This document shows, one piece after another, positions 1 to 8,380 of a DNA stretch of 64,000 nt. Under the pieces are notes generated by a model. The model was not told where the DNA came from. It did no database searches and saw only the letters and a list, made by a program, of their open reading frames with translations. Position numbers and translations under genes: made by a program. Origin of the DNA: a virus; the IMG/VR virus record IMGVR_UViG_3300023174_000094, positions 1 through 64,000 of that record; one strand, 5' to 3'. The number at the start of each line of letters is the position of its first letter. Position 1 is the stretch's first letter.

Positions 1-279
1 TGGAGAGGTTACATTTACCTTAGCCCGCAAAAGATTAATATTACCAAATCTATCTACCAGATTACCGACAAGCTTGCCAATTGCAGGTAGATGACTAGAG
101 GCAATATCTGATTCAGATTCATACAGGTGATGTGACATCTGCATTGGTGCATGAGTCCACATTTCACCCTCGTGATAGATATGGCTACGATAGAACCGAT
201 AAGAAACTTGAGGGTCGGTAAAGTATTCATACAGATACCCCTGTTCTTCTATGGGCACATAGTTATCAATAATCAACAT
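1..279 (-). CDS. Probable 2OG-Fe(II) oxygenase, N-terminal part (runs off window)
   Basis: Manual translation MLIIDNYVPIEEQGYLY...MSHHLY...LLRAKVNVTSP is open to base 1. It resembles the N-terminus of phage 2OG oxygenases and of ORF 24361-24924; catalytic residues lie outside the window. Confidence 0.55.
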   Translation of the reverse strand, partial: MLIIDNYVPIEEQGYLYEYFTDPQVSYRFYRSHIYHEGEMWTHAPMQMSHHLYESESDIASSHLPAIGKLVGNLVDRFGNINLLRAKVNVTSP

Positions 280-354
280 GGCTGGCGAGGTAGGGCTTGA
301 ACCTACGACCCAGGGATTAACAGTCCCTTGCTCTGCCAACTGAGCTACTCGCCA
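279..354 (-). tRNA. tRNA-Asn(GTT) with encoded CCA
   Basis: Reverse complement TGGCGAG-TAGCTCAGTTGGCAGAGC-AGGGACTGTTAATCCCT-GGGTC-GTAGGTTCAAGCCCTAC-CTCGCCA-G-CCA folds as a full cloverleaf with anticodon GTT. Confidence 0.96.
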
Positions 355-432
355 TTGTATTACTTAATTAATAGTATAGCAATTGTAATTGCATGAAGTG
401 TGAAATACACTGCATGAGTAATTTTATCTTGT

Positions 433-1194
433 TTAGACATTCTTAATCACCTCAAATCTAAATTCTATTTGCGGATGGGTATTGTGTTGAGCAATATTGT
501 TTTCACCGATAGTAGTGATGTTATAACCAAGAGATTCAACAAACTTAATAAGTTCTTTTCTCCTATCCTCATACCAGGGTTTATAAGTCCAGGCTTCAAA
601 GATAATAGGAGGAAAGTCATTGTCTTTAATTGTCTTTAACGCCCCCTTGAGAACTTCCATCTCAAGACCTTCAACATCAATTTTAATTAGCCTGACATTT
701 TTAAAAGATTGCTCATCAAGGATTTTAACTTCAATCTCTTCCATCAGTCCTTTAGTTGCGCATTCATAATTGTTCTCACGAGTTTGCTCATCAAGGCTGA
801 ATGCGCCAACATTAGTCTCAATTGCATAGTCTGGCATTATCGCCATAAATCTATCATTGCAATCTGATATACCGTAATTATGGCAAATGACATTCTGTAG
901 GGAATTGATCAAGACATTTGAACACAGCTGATAGAAAACAATTCTTTGCGGTTCAAAAGAATGAAAAGTTACATTAGGAAATTTCTGAGCTAGAGGAACA
1001 GAGTAACTTCCTAGATTGGCTCCAATATCTAATACAGAACCACCAAAGCTGTTTACAAGAAACCTTTCTGAGATAGTTTCCAGATGCCCTTCCCAGCCAT
1101 TACCATTTCTGATTCCATTTGAAACCACATCTGGTTTATCAAACAATAAAAACTGAGTTTCGTTTTTCTTTACAATCACGCAGTTTGGAATCAT
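433..1194 (-). CDS. FkbM family SAM methyltransferase
   Basis: VLDIGANLG, SFEP and LIKIDVEGLE motifs. Confidence 0.9.
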   Translation of the reverse strand: MIPNCVIVKKNETQFLLFDKPDVVSNGIRNGNGWEGHLETISERFLVNSFGGSVLDIGANLGSYSVPLAQKFPNVTFHSFEPQRIVFYQLCSNVLINSLQNVICHNYGISDCNDRFMAIMPDYAIETNVGAFSLDEQTRENNYECATKGLMEEIEVKILDEQSFKNVRLIKIDVEGLEMEVLKGALKTIKDNDFPPIIFEAWTYKPWYEDRRKELIKFVESLGYNITTIGENNIAQHNTHPQIEFRFEVIKNV

Positions 1195-1677
1195 TTACTT
1201 TTTTTTCCTTACTGCTTTTTTAGCAACTCTTGGCTTAGTTGTTTTTGCCCTTGGCATGTCGGGTGTAGGCATCCATTTACCAAGCGACTCAGATATTGCA
1301 TCAATGATTCTTTCAATTTCATAATCAACAACTGATATTGTTGCTTTATGAATAGCTTTACCTTTTTGATCATCTTCTTCTGGCTTAAGGATTTCATGAA
1401 CAACTTCTGATATATGACTCATGTGACAATGAAGAAGTTCATGAACCATCGTTGCACGAATATCTTCAGGCGTATCTTTACGAAAATCTTTATGTAAATA
1501 AATTGTTGCAAGATTCTGAGCATGTATAACTTCTGTTTCACCTAAAGCATCAACATTGCATGGCTTAGGACTCATGTGAATTGTCCAATGAGAAAGACCC
1601 ATCATGTTTTTAAGTTTATTTGCATATCTCTGAATCCAGGGATCAATTGGTTGTACGAGCGGAGTATTTTTACTCAT
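1195..1677 (-). CDS. HExxH zinc metallopeptidase-like protein
   Basis: TMVHELLHCH motif followed by downstream Glu residues; Lys-rich C-terminal tail. Confidence 0.6.
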   Translation of the reverse strand: MSKNTPLVQPIDPWIQRYANKLKNMMGLSHWTIHMSPKPCNVDALGETEVIHAQNLATIYLHKDFRKDTPEDIRATMVHELLHCHMSHISEVVHEILKPEEDDQKGKAIHKATISVVDYEIERIIDAISESLGKWMPTPDMPRAKTTKPRVAKKAVRKKK

Positions 1678-1955
1678 TAGTGTCCACCGTTAAAACCATT
1701 CATATTTTCCATAACAAGCATTCTCTCGGCTTCATCAGAAAAAAGACGAACTGCGTAAATACATGGGTCACTACCCTCTTCCCATTCTAAATCTTCATCA
1801 TGAGTTGTTGGAATGCCATCATGAGTTGAACATACTGGTCTGCTGATCCAACCGTTGTTTATCCCAGTATTAATCCATTGTTCAAAATTCACTTCCATTG
1901 TTCCAAGAAATGGATTAAAATTTTTTTCTGTGTCATTAAAATTATTTGTCATCAC
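1677..1955 (-). CDS. Hypothetical phage protein
   Basis: Overlapping operon junctions; C-x2-H-D...PC motif. Confidence 0.7.
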   Translation of the reverse strand: MMTNNFNDTEKNFNPFLGTMEVNFEQWINTGINNGWISRPVCSTHDGIPTTHDEDLEWEEGSDPCIYAVRLFSDEAERMLVMENMNGFNGGH

Positions 1956-2736
1956 TGTCCTCTTTGTATTTATTTATTACAGTATATCCAGTTTCTGGAC
2001 ATAAGCTGGTATCTGTAATATAATCTATTTCTTTTCTTACAACTACTCTTTTCAACCACCGATCTGATCCGTCATATCTTGCGCTAAATGATGTTCTACC
2101 ATGAACAGTTGTTGCGTTGTCAATTATAATTAGATCACCAGTGTTTAAAAAAACTGTTTGTTTATTTCTTTCAATAGATTTATTAAAAATATCCAAAGCC
2201 ATTTGCGCTTCTTCTGTTATTCCCTTCATAACGGTTCTATCATATTTCATTTTGTATTGACCATTTGAATCAGCAGTTAGAACTGGAAGTCTTACAAATG
2301 TATCTTCTTCCCCATTTAGTCTAAAGCTCTCATCAACAGATGTTTCAAACAAATCTTTCTTTAAAATATTAACAACCCCAATATGTATATCTTTCAATAC
2401 ATCAGATAAAAGAGCATATGTTGTTCCAGCATTTTCATCTCCACGCAAACACAGCAATAGCAGGTAGTCTGGGAGATGCGGATGAAAAGCAGCTTCTGTG
2501 TGAAGCTCTAGCGTAGCTTTTGATGATGATGATATTTGATCTTCTGCTGATTTTTTAATCGGAAAAATATTTTGAACAATTTTTCCATTTTGCTCCTGAA
2601 GGTACCCAACAGGATACCCGTATCTTTTTGCATAGGAAAGGATTACTTCGTCAGCTTCATCTGTGCTTGGAATTGTTGATAAGCTAAAAGGTGTTGATGG
2701 AATATCGCCAATATTTAAATCTTTAAATAAAATCAT
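1942..2736 (-). CDS. TauD/TfdA clavaminate-synthase/AsnO-like 2OG-Fe(II) dioxygenase
   Basis: LELHTEAAFHPHLPDYLLLLCLRGD (HxE), GDLIIIDN..TVHGR and DGSDRWLKR. Confidence 0.88.
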   Translation of the reverse strand: MILFKDLNIGDIPSTPFSLSTIPSTDEADEVILSYAKRYGYPVGYLQEQNGKIVQNIFPIKKSAEDQISSSSKATLELHTEAAFHPHLPDYLLLLCLRGDENAGTTYALLSDVLKDIHIGVVNILKKDLFETSVDESFRLNGEEDTFVRLPVLTADSNGQYKMKYDRTVMKGITEEAQMALDIFNKSIERNKQTVFLNTGDLIIIDNATTVHGRTSFSARYDGSDRWLKRVVVRKEIDYITDTSLCPETGYTVINKYKEDSDDK

Positions 2737-3374
2737 AAATCACCCATTGGTAACAAGAACTCTTCACGAATCCACATTATTGCAATCGCAGCGTAGCCGC
2801 CAATATCAAGCAATGTATCATAAATGCTTTCATTTGATACTGCATTAGTTACTCCTTTTGGTTTTGACAGAAGATTTTCTAATCTCGCAACCTTGTCGTG
2901 TAGTCTGATGGTAAGACCATTTAGCCCAAATCTTTCAATATTTTTTGGACCATAGTCTTTTTGTTTCTTAATCAAAGTAGATGTGAGCATTTCTTTATTC
3001 AACTCAATACCATTTACTTTGCAATAATGTAGAGCGACAGCACCAATCATTGACCATAGCCAACTATGGTACTGTCGGCAATACATTAACTTATCATCAT
3101 TCTCTCCTGGGTAATAATGTGGATCGCTCTCCCATGCCTTACTATCAATGCACCAGTCAATAATATTTTTGATATTACTGATGTGGTCATTTGATAGCTC
3201 AATGTTTAAGCCATCCCAATAAAAATTACTCATTCGTGATTTTTGAGAAGTACCGCACTCAAGGGTCATGCCAGTTATATCAAACCTATCTACGAACCAA
3301 AACAAATCCTTTACGGCTTCTTCCGCACAGTATTCCCATGACTTCATATTTCGCACAACCACTTGCTTCTCCAT
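2733..3374 (-). CDS. Nucleotide-modification-associated domain 1 (DUF1599/Nmad1) protein
   Basis: C-terminal KKQKDYG...IRLHDKVARLENL...ESIYDTLLDIGGYA signature. Confidence 0.75.
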   Translation of the reverse strand: MEKQVVVRNMKSWEYCAEEAVKDLFWFVDRFDITGMTLECGTSQKSRMSNFYWDGLNIELSNDHISNIKNIIDWCIDSKAWESDPHYYPGENDDKLMYCRQYHSWLWSMIGAVALHYCKVNGIELNKEMLTSTLIKKQKDYGPKNIERFGLNGLTIRLHDKVARLENLLSKPKGVTNAVSNESIYDTLLDIGGYAAIAIMWIREEFLLPMGDL

Positions 3375-3376
3375 AA

Positions 3377-3832
3377 TTAACTATTTGCTCTTTCTACTTT
3401 TGGATCTACAATTTCAAAATGTCCACGCTTTACTTTCTTAAAGTAACCACGATTAGCATTGTAAAAATTGTAGAATGTTGGCAATGAGATTTCTACATTA
3501 GTAGAAACTTCAATCGGTGTTACTACCTTTCCAACATTGCCTGTCAAAAAACTGACAATATTATCTTGCTTAGATTTTCTTCCAGCCATAATCTTCTCCC
3601 CCCTTTCTGTAAAATCAAAAAGGTCTGCATAGTAGCTATACACTTCCTCTGAAATGTTATAGTGCTTGATTGTCTTAGACGGAGCCCATCCTTTGTAGTG
3701 ACCATATATCACACTATAGGCTTCTCTATGACTATCAACAGGGACTTTGGAAATTAGATTGTCGCAAATATTGTCAAAATCTTTAGTTCCAACAAAATCA
3801 TTATCTTCTTCAATAAAGCTTTCATCTGACAT
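3377..3832 (-). CDS. Hypothetical protein, possible C-terminal winged HTH
   Basis: ORF preceded by TTGATT-17-TAATCT promoter; function not recognised. Confidence 0.6.
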   Translation of the reverse strand: MSDESFIEEDNDFVGTKDFDNICDNLISKVPVDSHREAYSVIYGHYKGWAPSKTIKHYNISEEVYSYYADLFDFTERGEKIMAGRKSKQDNIVSFLTGNVGKVVTPIEVSTNVEISLPTFYNFYNANRGYFKKVKRGHFEIVDPKVERANS

Positions 3833-3897
3833 CTTGTCTTCTTTCTCTTAGGTCAATGAGAGATTACCACTTATAAAAACGAAAATCAAGTCATAAA

Positions 3898-3968
3898 TAA
3901 AAAAATAGCGGGTATCTCCACCACCTATATAACCTTTCGGAAAAATATAAGCCTAGAAATACCCGCTA
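3898..3968 (-). terminator. Long hairpin with GAAA loop and U-tract
   Basis: TAGCGGGTAT (3906-3915) and ATACCCGCTA (3959-3968) arms, inner stems, U-run on the minus strand. Confidence 0.75.
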
Positions 3969-3971
3969 AGA

Positions 3972-4208
3972 CTATTTAGCTATAGCTTTTTTAACTGCTT
4001 TCTTAACTACTTCTGTAGCCGCTGTTACAGCATGTGACTCAATATGTCTATCAAGTTTAACTTCTACATTAGAAACATCTTTGTGCAGGTCAGTTAGCAA
4101 AGATGCAACTACTCCATGATCTTGTTTATTTTCTTTTCTTGTTTGCTGAATTAGTGCTGCTAGGATTCCTCCTACAGCAGCAATTGAGGCAACGATTATG
4201 GCTTCCAT
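3972..4208 (-). CDS. Small membrane-anchored coiled-coil protein
   Basis: Hydrophobic N-terminus, heptad middle, KKAVKK tail. Confidence 0.65.
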   Translation of the reverse strand: MEAIIVASIAAVGGILAALIQQTRKENKQDHGVVASLLTDLHKDVSNVEVKLDRHIESHAVTAATEVVKKAVKKAIAK

Positions 4209-4217
4209 CTGTTAAAA

Positions 4218-4601
4218 TTACTCTGCAAGCAAGAAGCTTGCAATGTCCTCAACTGCCATGTCAAACTTACCGAACTGACCTTCATGCTCGGAAAGAATTT
4301 CAATCAAATCGCTCTTCTTAACAGTTTTTGGATCAAGAGCAACTTCCTTTGTTGGCGAAGTCATTCCAGCACCAGATGTTGGAGCAGAAGCTGATCCGCC
4401 AGTCGGTACGCCAGAAACTTTCTTTTCTGGATCAAGAGGAACTTCATTAATCATTCCCTTGATCATATTAACTTGTGAATCGTGCCAAGCAGCAGCCTTG
4501 ATGTGATCTTGCATTTGTTCAGCAGCAGCTTTTGCTGATGTCTCATGCCAGGACTTCATTGCGTTGTGGTCAGAAACCATTTTCTTCATATTGTCTTTCA
4601 T
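4218..4601 (-). CDS. Hypothetical protein
   Basis: AAGGAG SD upstream; His/Met-rich helical N-terminus. Confidence 0.7.
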   Translation of the reverse strand: MKDNMKKMVSDHNAMKSWHETSAKAAAEQMQDHIKAAAWHDSQVNMIKGMINEVPLDPEKKVSGVPTGGSASAPTSGAGMTSPTKEVALDPKTVKKSDLIEILSEHEGQFGKFDMAVEDIASFLLAE

Positions 4602-4647
4602 AAAATCTCCTTATATCAAAGATATGCTTATAAGCATATCATATTTT

Positions 4648-6042
4648 TTATTTAAGCGGATCTCTATACTTAATCTTGCGAATAGAAACCATTGATTTGT
4701 CAATATTTGCATTCCCATCAGTTATAGGTCCACCAACAACCCAAGCATCACAGGTTCTTTGTCCTGCACACTTAAAGTCAAAAATTTCGCAATATCCGAG
4801 GTTTGCTATGTTGATTACAGCATAGGCGATATCTTCACCGCCAAGACCTTCAGCCATAGCCTCTTTCATATAAGATGTTTGAATAAAAGCCGCACAATTT
4901 TTGCATCGTGCAGTTTTTGCTTCTTCAACTGTGGTATGAAAAATATCTGCTTTTCTTTGCCAGAACTCTGTATTTTCAAGAGCTGGATTCATTGGTCCAT
5001 ATGCAGCTTTATCAATAGCTTCTTGTCTATAAGATATATTTACCTCAATGTCTTGTGTAGCTGCTGGATATCCATTAATCATTTCTTCTGATTTTCCCAT
5101 TTCGGAATCATCAGACATATCTTCATTATCTACTTGAACAACTCCATCTGATATAATTGCAAATCGGCACTTACCTTCGCTCTCAACTTGTTGAGCAATA
5201 ATTTTACAAACACCATTGCCATCATACAAAACGCAATTTGAACACTTAACACCAATATCTTTTACATCATTCTCTTCTGGTGAATCATAACCAGCCCAGA
5301 TACCAGTCTGGTCTTCATTGAACTTACCATACAGGTTAGCAAGCATGGTCAACATGTCGGCAAGAACAGCTTCTTCCTGCGCCAAATCCTCGGCTACCTT
5401 CTCTACTGAATCAATTGATTTTGAAACCGTTCTGTAACCACCACCACGCTTTTTATATTCACGGACAAGCCATGCATTTGCGTAGGCGGATGGATAAACA
5501 TCAAACTTCGCTTTAGCCTCAGCCTTGACTCGGGCATAAAGGGCTGGGTTTGTCGGAACATTGCGAGATGCTTTCTCAACCTGTGTTGAAACATTGATCG
5601 GCTTCTTATCTTCCCTGGTTTGGGATGATTCAGCTGTGCGCTTACGCCTAACGGCTGATGCGATTTGCTCAGGTGTCATTCTTGCAGCACGAGCGGCTGG
5701 AACACATTTTGGATACTTACCAGAACTTGCATCTGCTCTACCGCATGGCTCAAATCCACCACCAGCTTTTGGTCTTGAAAGATCAACCCATTTTTCTTTA
5801 AACCACTGGGTGAGACTTTTTTGAACCATGTATAGATCAATTACATCTTCTGATAATTGTAGGGCTAATTCTTCTGTTGTTTTTTCAAATTTAAATTCAC
5901 CCATAGCAGTTGCTTGAGCAAGAGCTTTTTTTCTTGCGTCAGTCATTGATTTCTTATTTCCCTGAGTGTATGTATAACAAGCTCCAGAATCACCCCATTT
6001 ATAACCTGGCTTACCATCTTTTGAGCAATTATTAATCGGCAT
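4648..6042 (-). CDS. Multi-domain Cys-rich protein (DUF5872-like modules plus two HiPIP-like CxxC modules)
   Basis: WFKEKWVD..PCGR..YPKCVP; PTNPALYARVK..YPSAYA..EYKKRGG; CSNC..C..C; CKNC..YC..C..CDAW. Confidence 0.7.
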   Translation of the reverse strand: MPINNCSKDGKPGYKWGDSGACYTYTQGNKKSMTDARKKALAQATAMGEFKFEKTTEELALQLSEDVIDLYMVQKSLTQWFKEKWVDLSRPKAGGGFEPCGRADASSGKYPKCVPAARAARMTPEQIASAVRRKRTAESSQTREDKKPINVSTQVEKASRNVPTNPALYARVKAEAKAKFDVYPSAYANAWLVREYKKRGGGYRTVSKSIDSVEKVAEDLAQEEAVLADMLTMLANLYGKFNEDQTGIWAGYDSPEENDVKDIGVKCSNCVLYDGNGVCKIIAQQVESEGKCRFAIISDGVVQVDNEDMSDDSEMGKSEEMINGYPAATQDIEVNISYRQEAIDKAAYGPMNPALENTEFWQRKADIFHTTVEEAKTARCKNCAAFIQTSYMKEAMAEGLGGEDIAYAVINIANLGYCEIFDFKCAGQRTCDAWVVGGPITDGNANIDKSMVSIRKIKYRDPLK

Positions 6043-6065
6043 AGTACCTATTAGTTTATCATGAA

Positions 6066-6353
6066 TTATTGATAAACGCTATATAAGTCATCACGACCCC
6101 ATCTTTGAACGGGTATCTTTACATCATGATAATAAGCATAAGCGTCTTCTGATGAATAGTATATTCTAGCATAGGCTTGTAGGGCACCTTCATCATAGAC
6201 TGGGCAATCAGGGTTTGGGTCTAAGTATAAAGCTTTGTAGTGATACTTATCTCCTTCCCAATGTATTGCATTAGCAACGGTTAGTTTCTTAAAGCAATAC
6301 GGACAAATTTTTTCAGGATAAGGAAAATCCTCAATCACTCTCCCCAAAATCAT
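6066..6353 (-). CDS. Hypothetical protein (CPYC motif)
   Basis: ORF in operon. Confidence 0.65.
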   Translation of the reverse strand: MILGRVIEDFPYPEKICPYCFKKLTVANAIHWEGDKYHYKALYLDPNPDCPVYDEGALQAYARIYYSSEDAYAYYHDVKIPVQRWGRDDLYSVYQ

Positions 6354-6618
6354 CTATTTCTTTCTCCTCTTCCTCTGCATTTCTAAATATCTTTTTTCTT
6401 AAAAGATAATCAATGATTTCATCAAGCCTTGCTTTTGCAATCTCAACTCCATCCATTAACGCATTTATTTCATCAATGTCCATTTTATAGTTATCGTCAG
6501 GTGAAATAATTAAAAATGCGGGAACAAACGAATTCTCAAACGGAACCGCTTTAATCATTACAGACAAACTTTCAATGTCTTGTAAATTAAGTTCGCTATC
6601 GTAGTTACTTATTCTCAT
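6331..6618 (-). CDS. Hypothetical protein
   Basis: ATG at 6618 chosen because it overlaps the end of the upstream gene. Confidence 0.6.
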   Translation of the reverse strand: MRISNYDSELNLQDIESLSVMIKAVPFENSFVPAFLIISPDDNYKMDIDEINALMDGVEIAKARLDEIIDYLLRKKIFRNAEEEEKEIDDFGESD

Positions 6619-6799
6619 ACTTACTTTCAGTAATGACTGCAATGAATAACGCAAAAACACTAAAAATCATCTGGAGAGAATATACAGCAAGTAATGGAGA
6701 AATCCAACCGATATCTATATTCGCACCAATCTCAATAGAATACTTAATGCCTAAAAGCGATAAAAAACTCCAGATAATATAAGCAATAAAATTTTTCAT
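6605..6799 (-). CDS. Small two-TM membrane protein, leaderless
   Basis: Two hydrophobic segments; TGG-TATCAT 6 nt before the ATG. Confidence 0.6.
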   Translation of the reverse strand: MKNFIAYIIWSFLSLLGIKYSIEIGANIDIGWISPLLAVYSLQMIFSVFALFIAVITESKYENK

Positions 6800-6858
6800 A
6801 TGTACATGATACCAGATTGCTTCGGAGAAAAAATTAATAAAAAAATATTTTTATCCCC

Positions 6859-6886
6859 TTGACAAGCTCTTAAAAAATGATATGCT
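6859..6886 (+). promoter_or_regulatory. Sigma70-type promoter firing into the repeat array
   Basis: TTGACA-16-TATGCT with extended TG. Confidence 0.6.
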
Positions 6887-6887
6887 T

Positions 6888-7003
6888 CGCATGCACAGCA
6901 TGCTTAGTATACTAGCATGCTTAGCATACCTAGTAAACTTAAGTAAACTATAAATACTCATGTATACTTAGTATATCTAGCATGCTAAGCATACTAGTAT
7001 ACA
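6888..7003. repeat. Palindromic ~9-bp tandem array / long inverted repeat at the strand switch (candidate origin)
   Basis: About 12 units of AGYAWRCT(T); 21-bp IR arms 6907-6927 and 6982-7002 with one mismatch. Confidence 0.75.
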
Positions 7004-7046
7004 CGGGACAACTATTGTTTTTATCAAAGAAGTGGTAGTATGTTGT

Positions 7047-7286
7047 ATGGAGATAATTGCGATTGTTGAGTCTGATGATTATGGACCTGCCGCAATTGTT
7101 GATCCAGCTGATATCACTATCTCTCGTTTTGATGATTTTTACATCGGTGCTGCCCGATGTGTATTTACGGGTATGCCTATCACCTATGAAATTTCTGAAG
7201 AAGTCGCCCTTAAGCTTATGAAAAAGGGTGTAAGATGTTTGAACCTTTCATCGGAAAAAGTAATTTTGGAGAACGAGGCAGAGTAG
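7047..7286 (+). CDS. Hypothetical protein
   Basis: ATG 7047 lies just after TGG-TAGTAT. Confidence 0.6.
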   Translation: MEIIAIVESDDYGPAAIVDPADITISRFDDFYIGAARCVFTGMPITYEISEEVALKLMKKGVRCLNLSSEKVILENEAE

Positions 7287-7292
7287 CAACAA

Positions 7293-8306
7293 ATGAAAAA
7301 AATTTCATGGTTTAGTTTGAACAATCAAGATGCCTCTGGCGACCTCTGGTATAGCCAGGGTTACTTCAACGCTGCCCTCTCAACAATCCGTAGCCTTCAG
7401 TCAAAACAAGTCGCTGTATTTTATAACCGAGAAGATATTGATTACCATGTCAACTTCTGTCCACCTCCGTACTATCAGTTTCCTTCAAAGTACAATATTG
7501 GCTACACACCCTGGGAGTCAACGAAAGTTCCTCACTCATGGATGGATGGAATGAGAAAATGTGATGAGGTTTGGGCTACATCTAATTTCATCAGAGATGT
7601 TTATATTGAGAATAATGTTAATGCAAATGTCTACACAATCCCTCATGGTGTATCTCCAGAGTTTGAGATATTTGAAAGAGAGCTGACTGGTCGTTTTAAT
7701 TTCCTTCATGTTGGCGGAGATTCAAAAAGAAAAAATGCACAAATGGTTGTTGATGCTTTTCTTGATCTGTATGAGGGTGATGATAACTTTAGACTTGTAT
7801 TGAAATATAACAAGTTCTGTTTTGCAGAATGCTACATTGATAATCAATTAGTTCCTGCATCTAGACATCCTCAGATTATTGCAATCCCAGAAACATTTAC
7901 AACTGATCAGATGGTTACTCTATACCACAAATGTCACTGCATGGTTTATCCAACAAGTGGTGAGGGGTTTGGTTTAATTCCTTTTGAATCAATGGCAACT
8001 GGAATGCCAACTATTGTAACCAACCTTACTGGTTGTGCTGACTTTGCGCAGTATGGAATACCTCTTGACGCTACTTACACTAAAGCTGATTGGCAAGATC
8101 ATTTATATGCAACTGATGCTGGAGACTGGGCTTCTCCAGATTTTGAACAACTTCTTGATTTAATGACTCATGTTGTTTCTGAATATGATGAGTTTAAAAA
8201 GTATGCCCTTAAGTCTGCAAGAATTATTCACTCGGAGTGGTCATGGGAATCAACTGCCGATAAAATTCTTGAGCGATTGAATTTTTATCAAAATTCTTTA
8301 TCGTAG
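7293..8306 (+). CDS. Glycosyltransferase family 4 (GT-B)
   Basis: GYTPWE, RKN and YPTSGEGFGLIPFESMATGMP motifs. Confidence 0.92.
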   Translation: MKKISWFSLNNQDASGDLWYSQGYFNAALSTIRSLQSKQVAVFYNREDIDYHVNFCPPPYYQFPSKYNIGYTPWESTKVPHSWMDGMRKCDEVWATSNFIRDVYIENNVNANVYTIPHGVSPEFEIFERELTGRFNFLHVGGDSKRKNAQMVVDAFLDLYEGDDNFRLVLKYNKFCFAECYIDNQLVPASRHPQIIAIPETFTTDQMVTLYHKCHCMVYPTSGEGFGLIPFESMATGMPTIVTNLTGCADFAQYGIPLDATYTKADWQDHLYATDAGDWASPDFEQLLDLMTHVVSEYDEFKKYALKSARIIHSEWSWESTADKILERLNFYQNSLS

Positions 8307-8322
8307 TCCTTAGTACTAATCT

Positions 8323-8351
8323 TTGACTCTGCTAGTCTTAGCATCTAAACT
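8323..8351 (+). promoter_or_regulatory. Promoter of RNR
   Basis: TTGACT-17-TAAACT, then GGAGG SD. Confidence 0.6.
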
Positions 8352-8380
8352 GGTCTCTCTATTATTTCGGAGGTAATTGA

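Noticed and set aside
6888-7003. Mini-CRISPR array
   Set aside because: Units are ~9 bp and contiguous with no spacers; no cas genes.
8307-8380. Cobalamin riboswitch or NrdR box before nrdJ
   Set aside because: Only 74 nt of intergenic space, mostly promoter and SD; no recognisable consensus.
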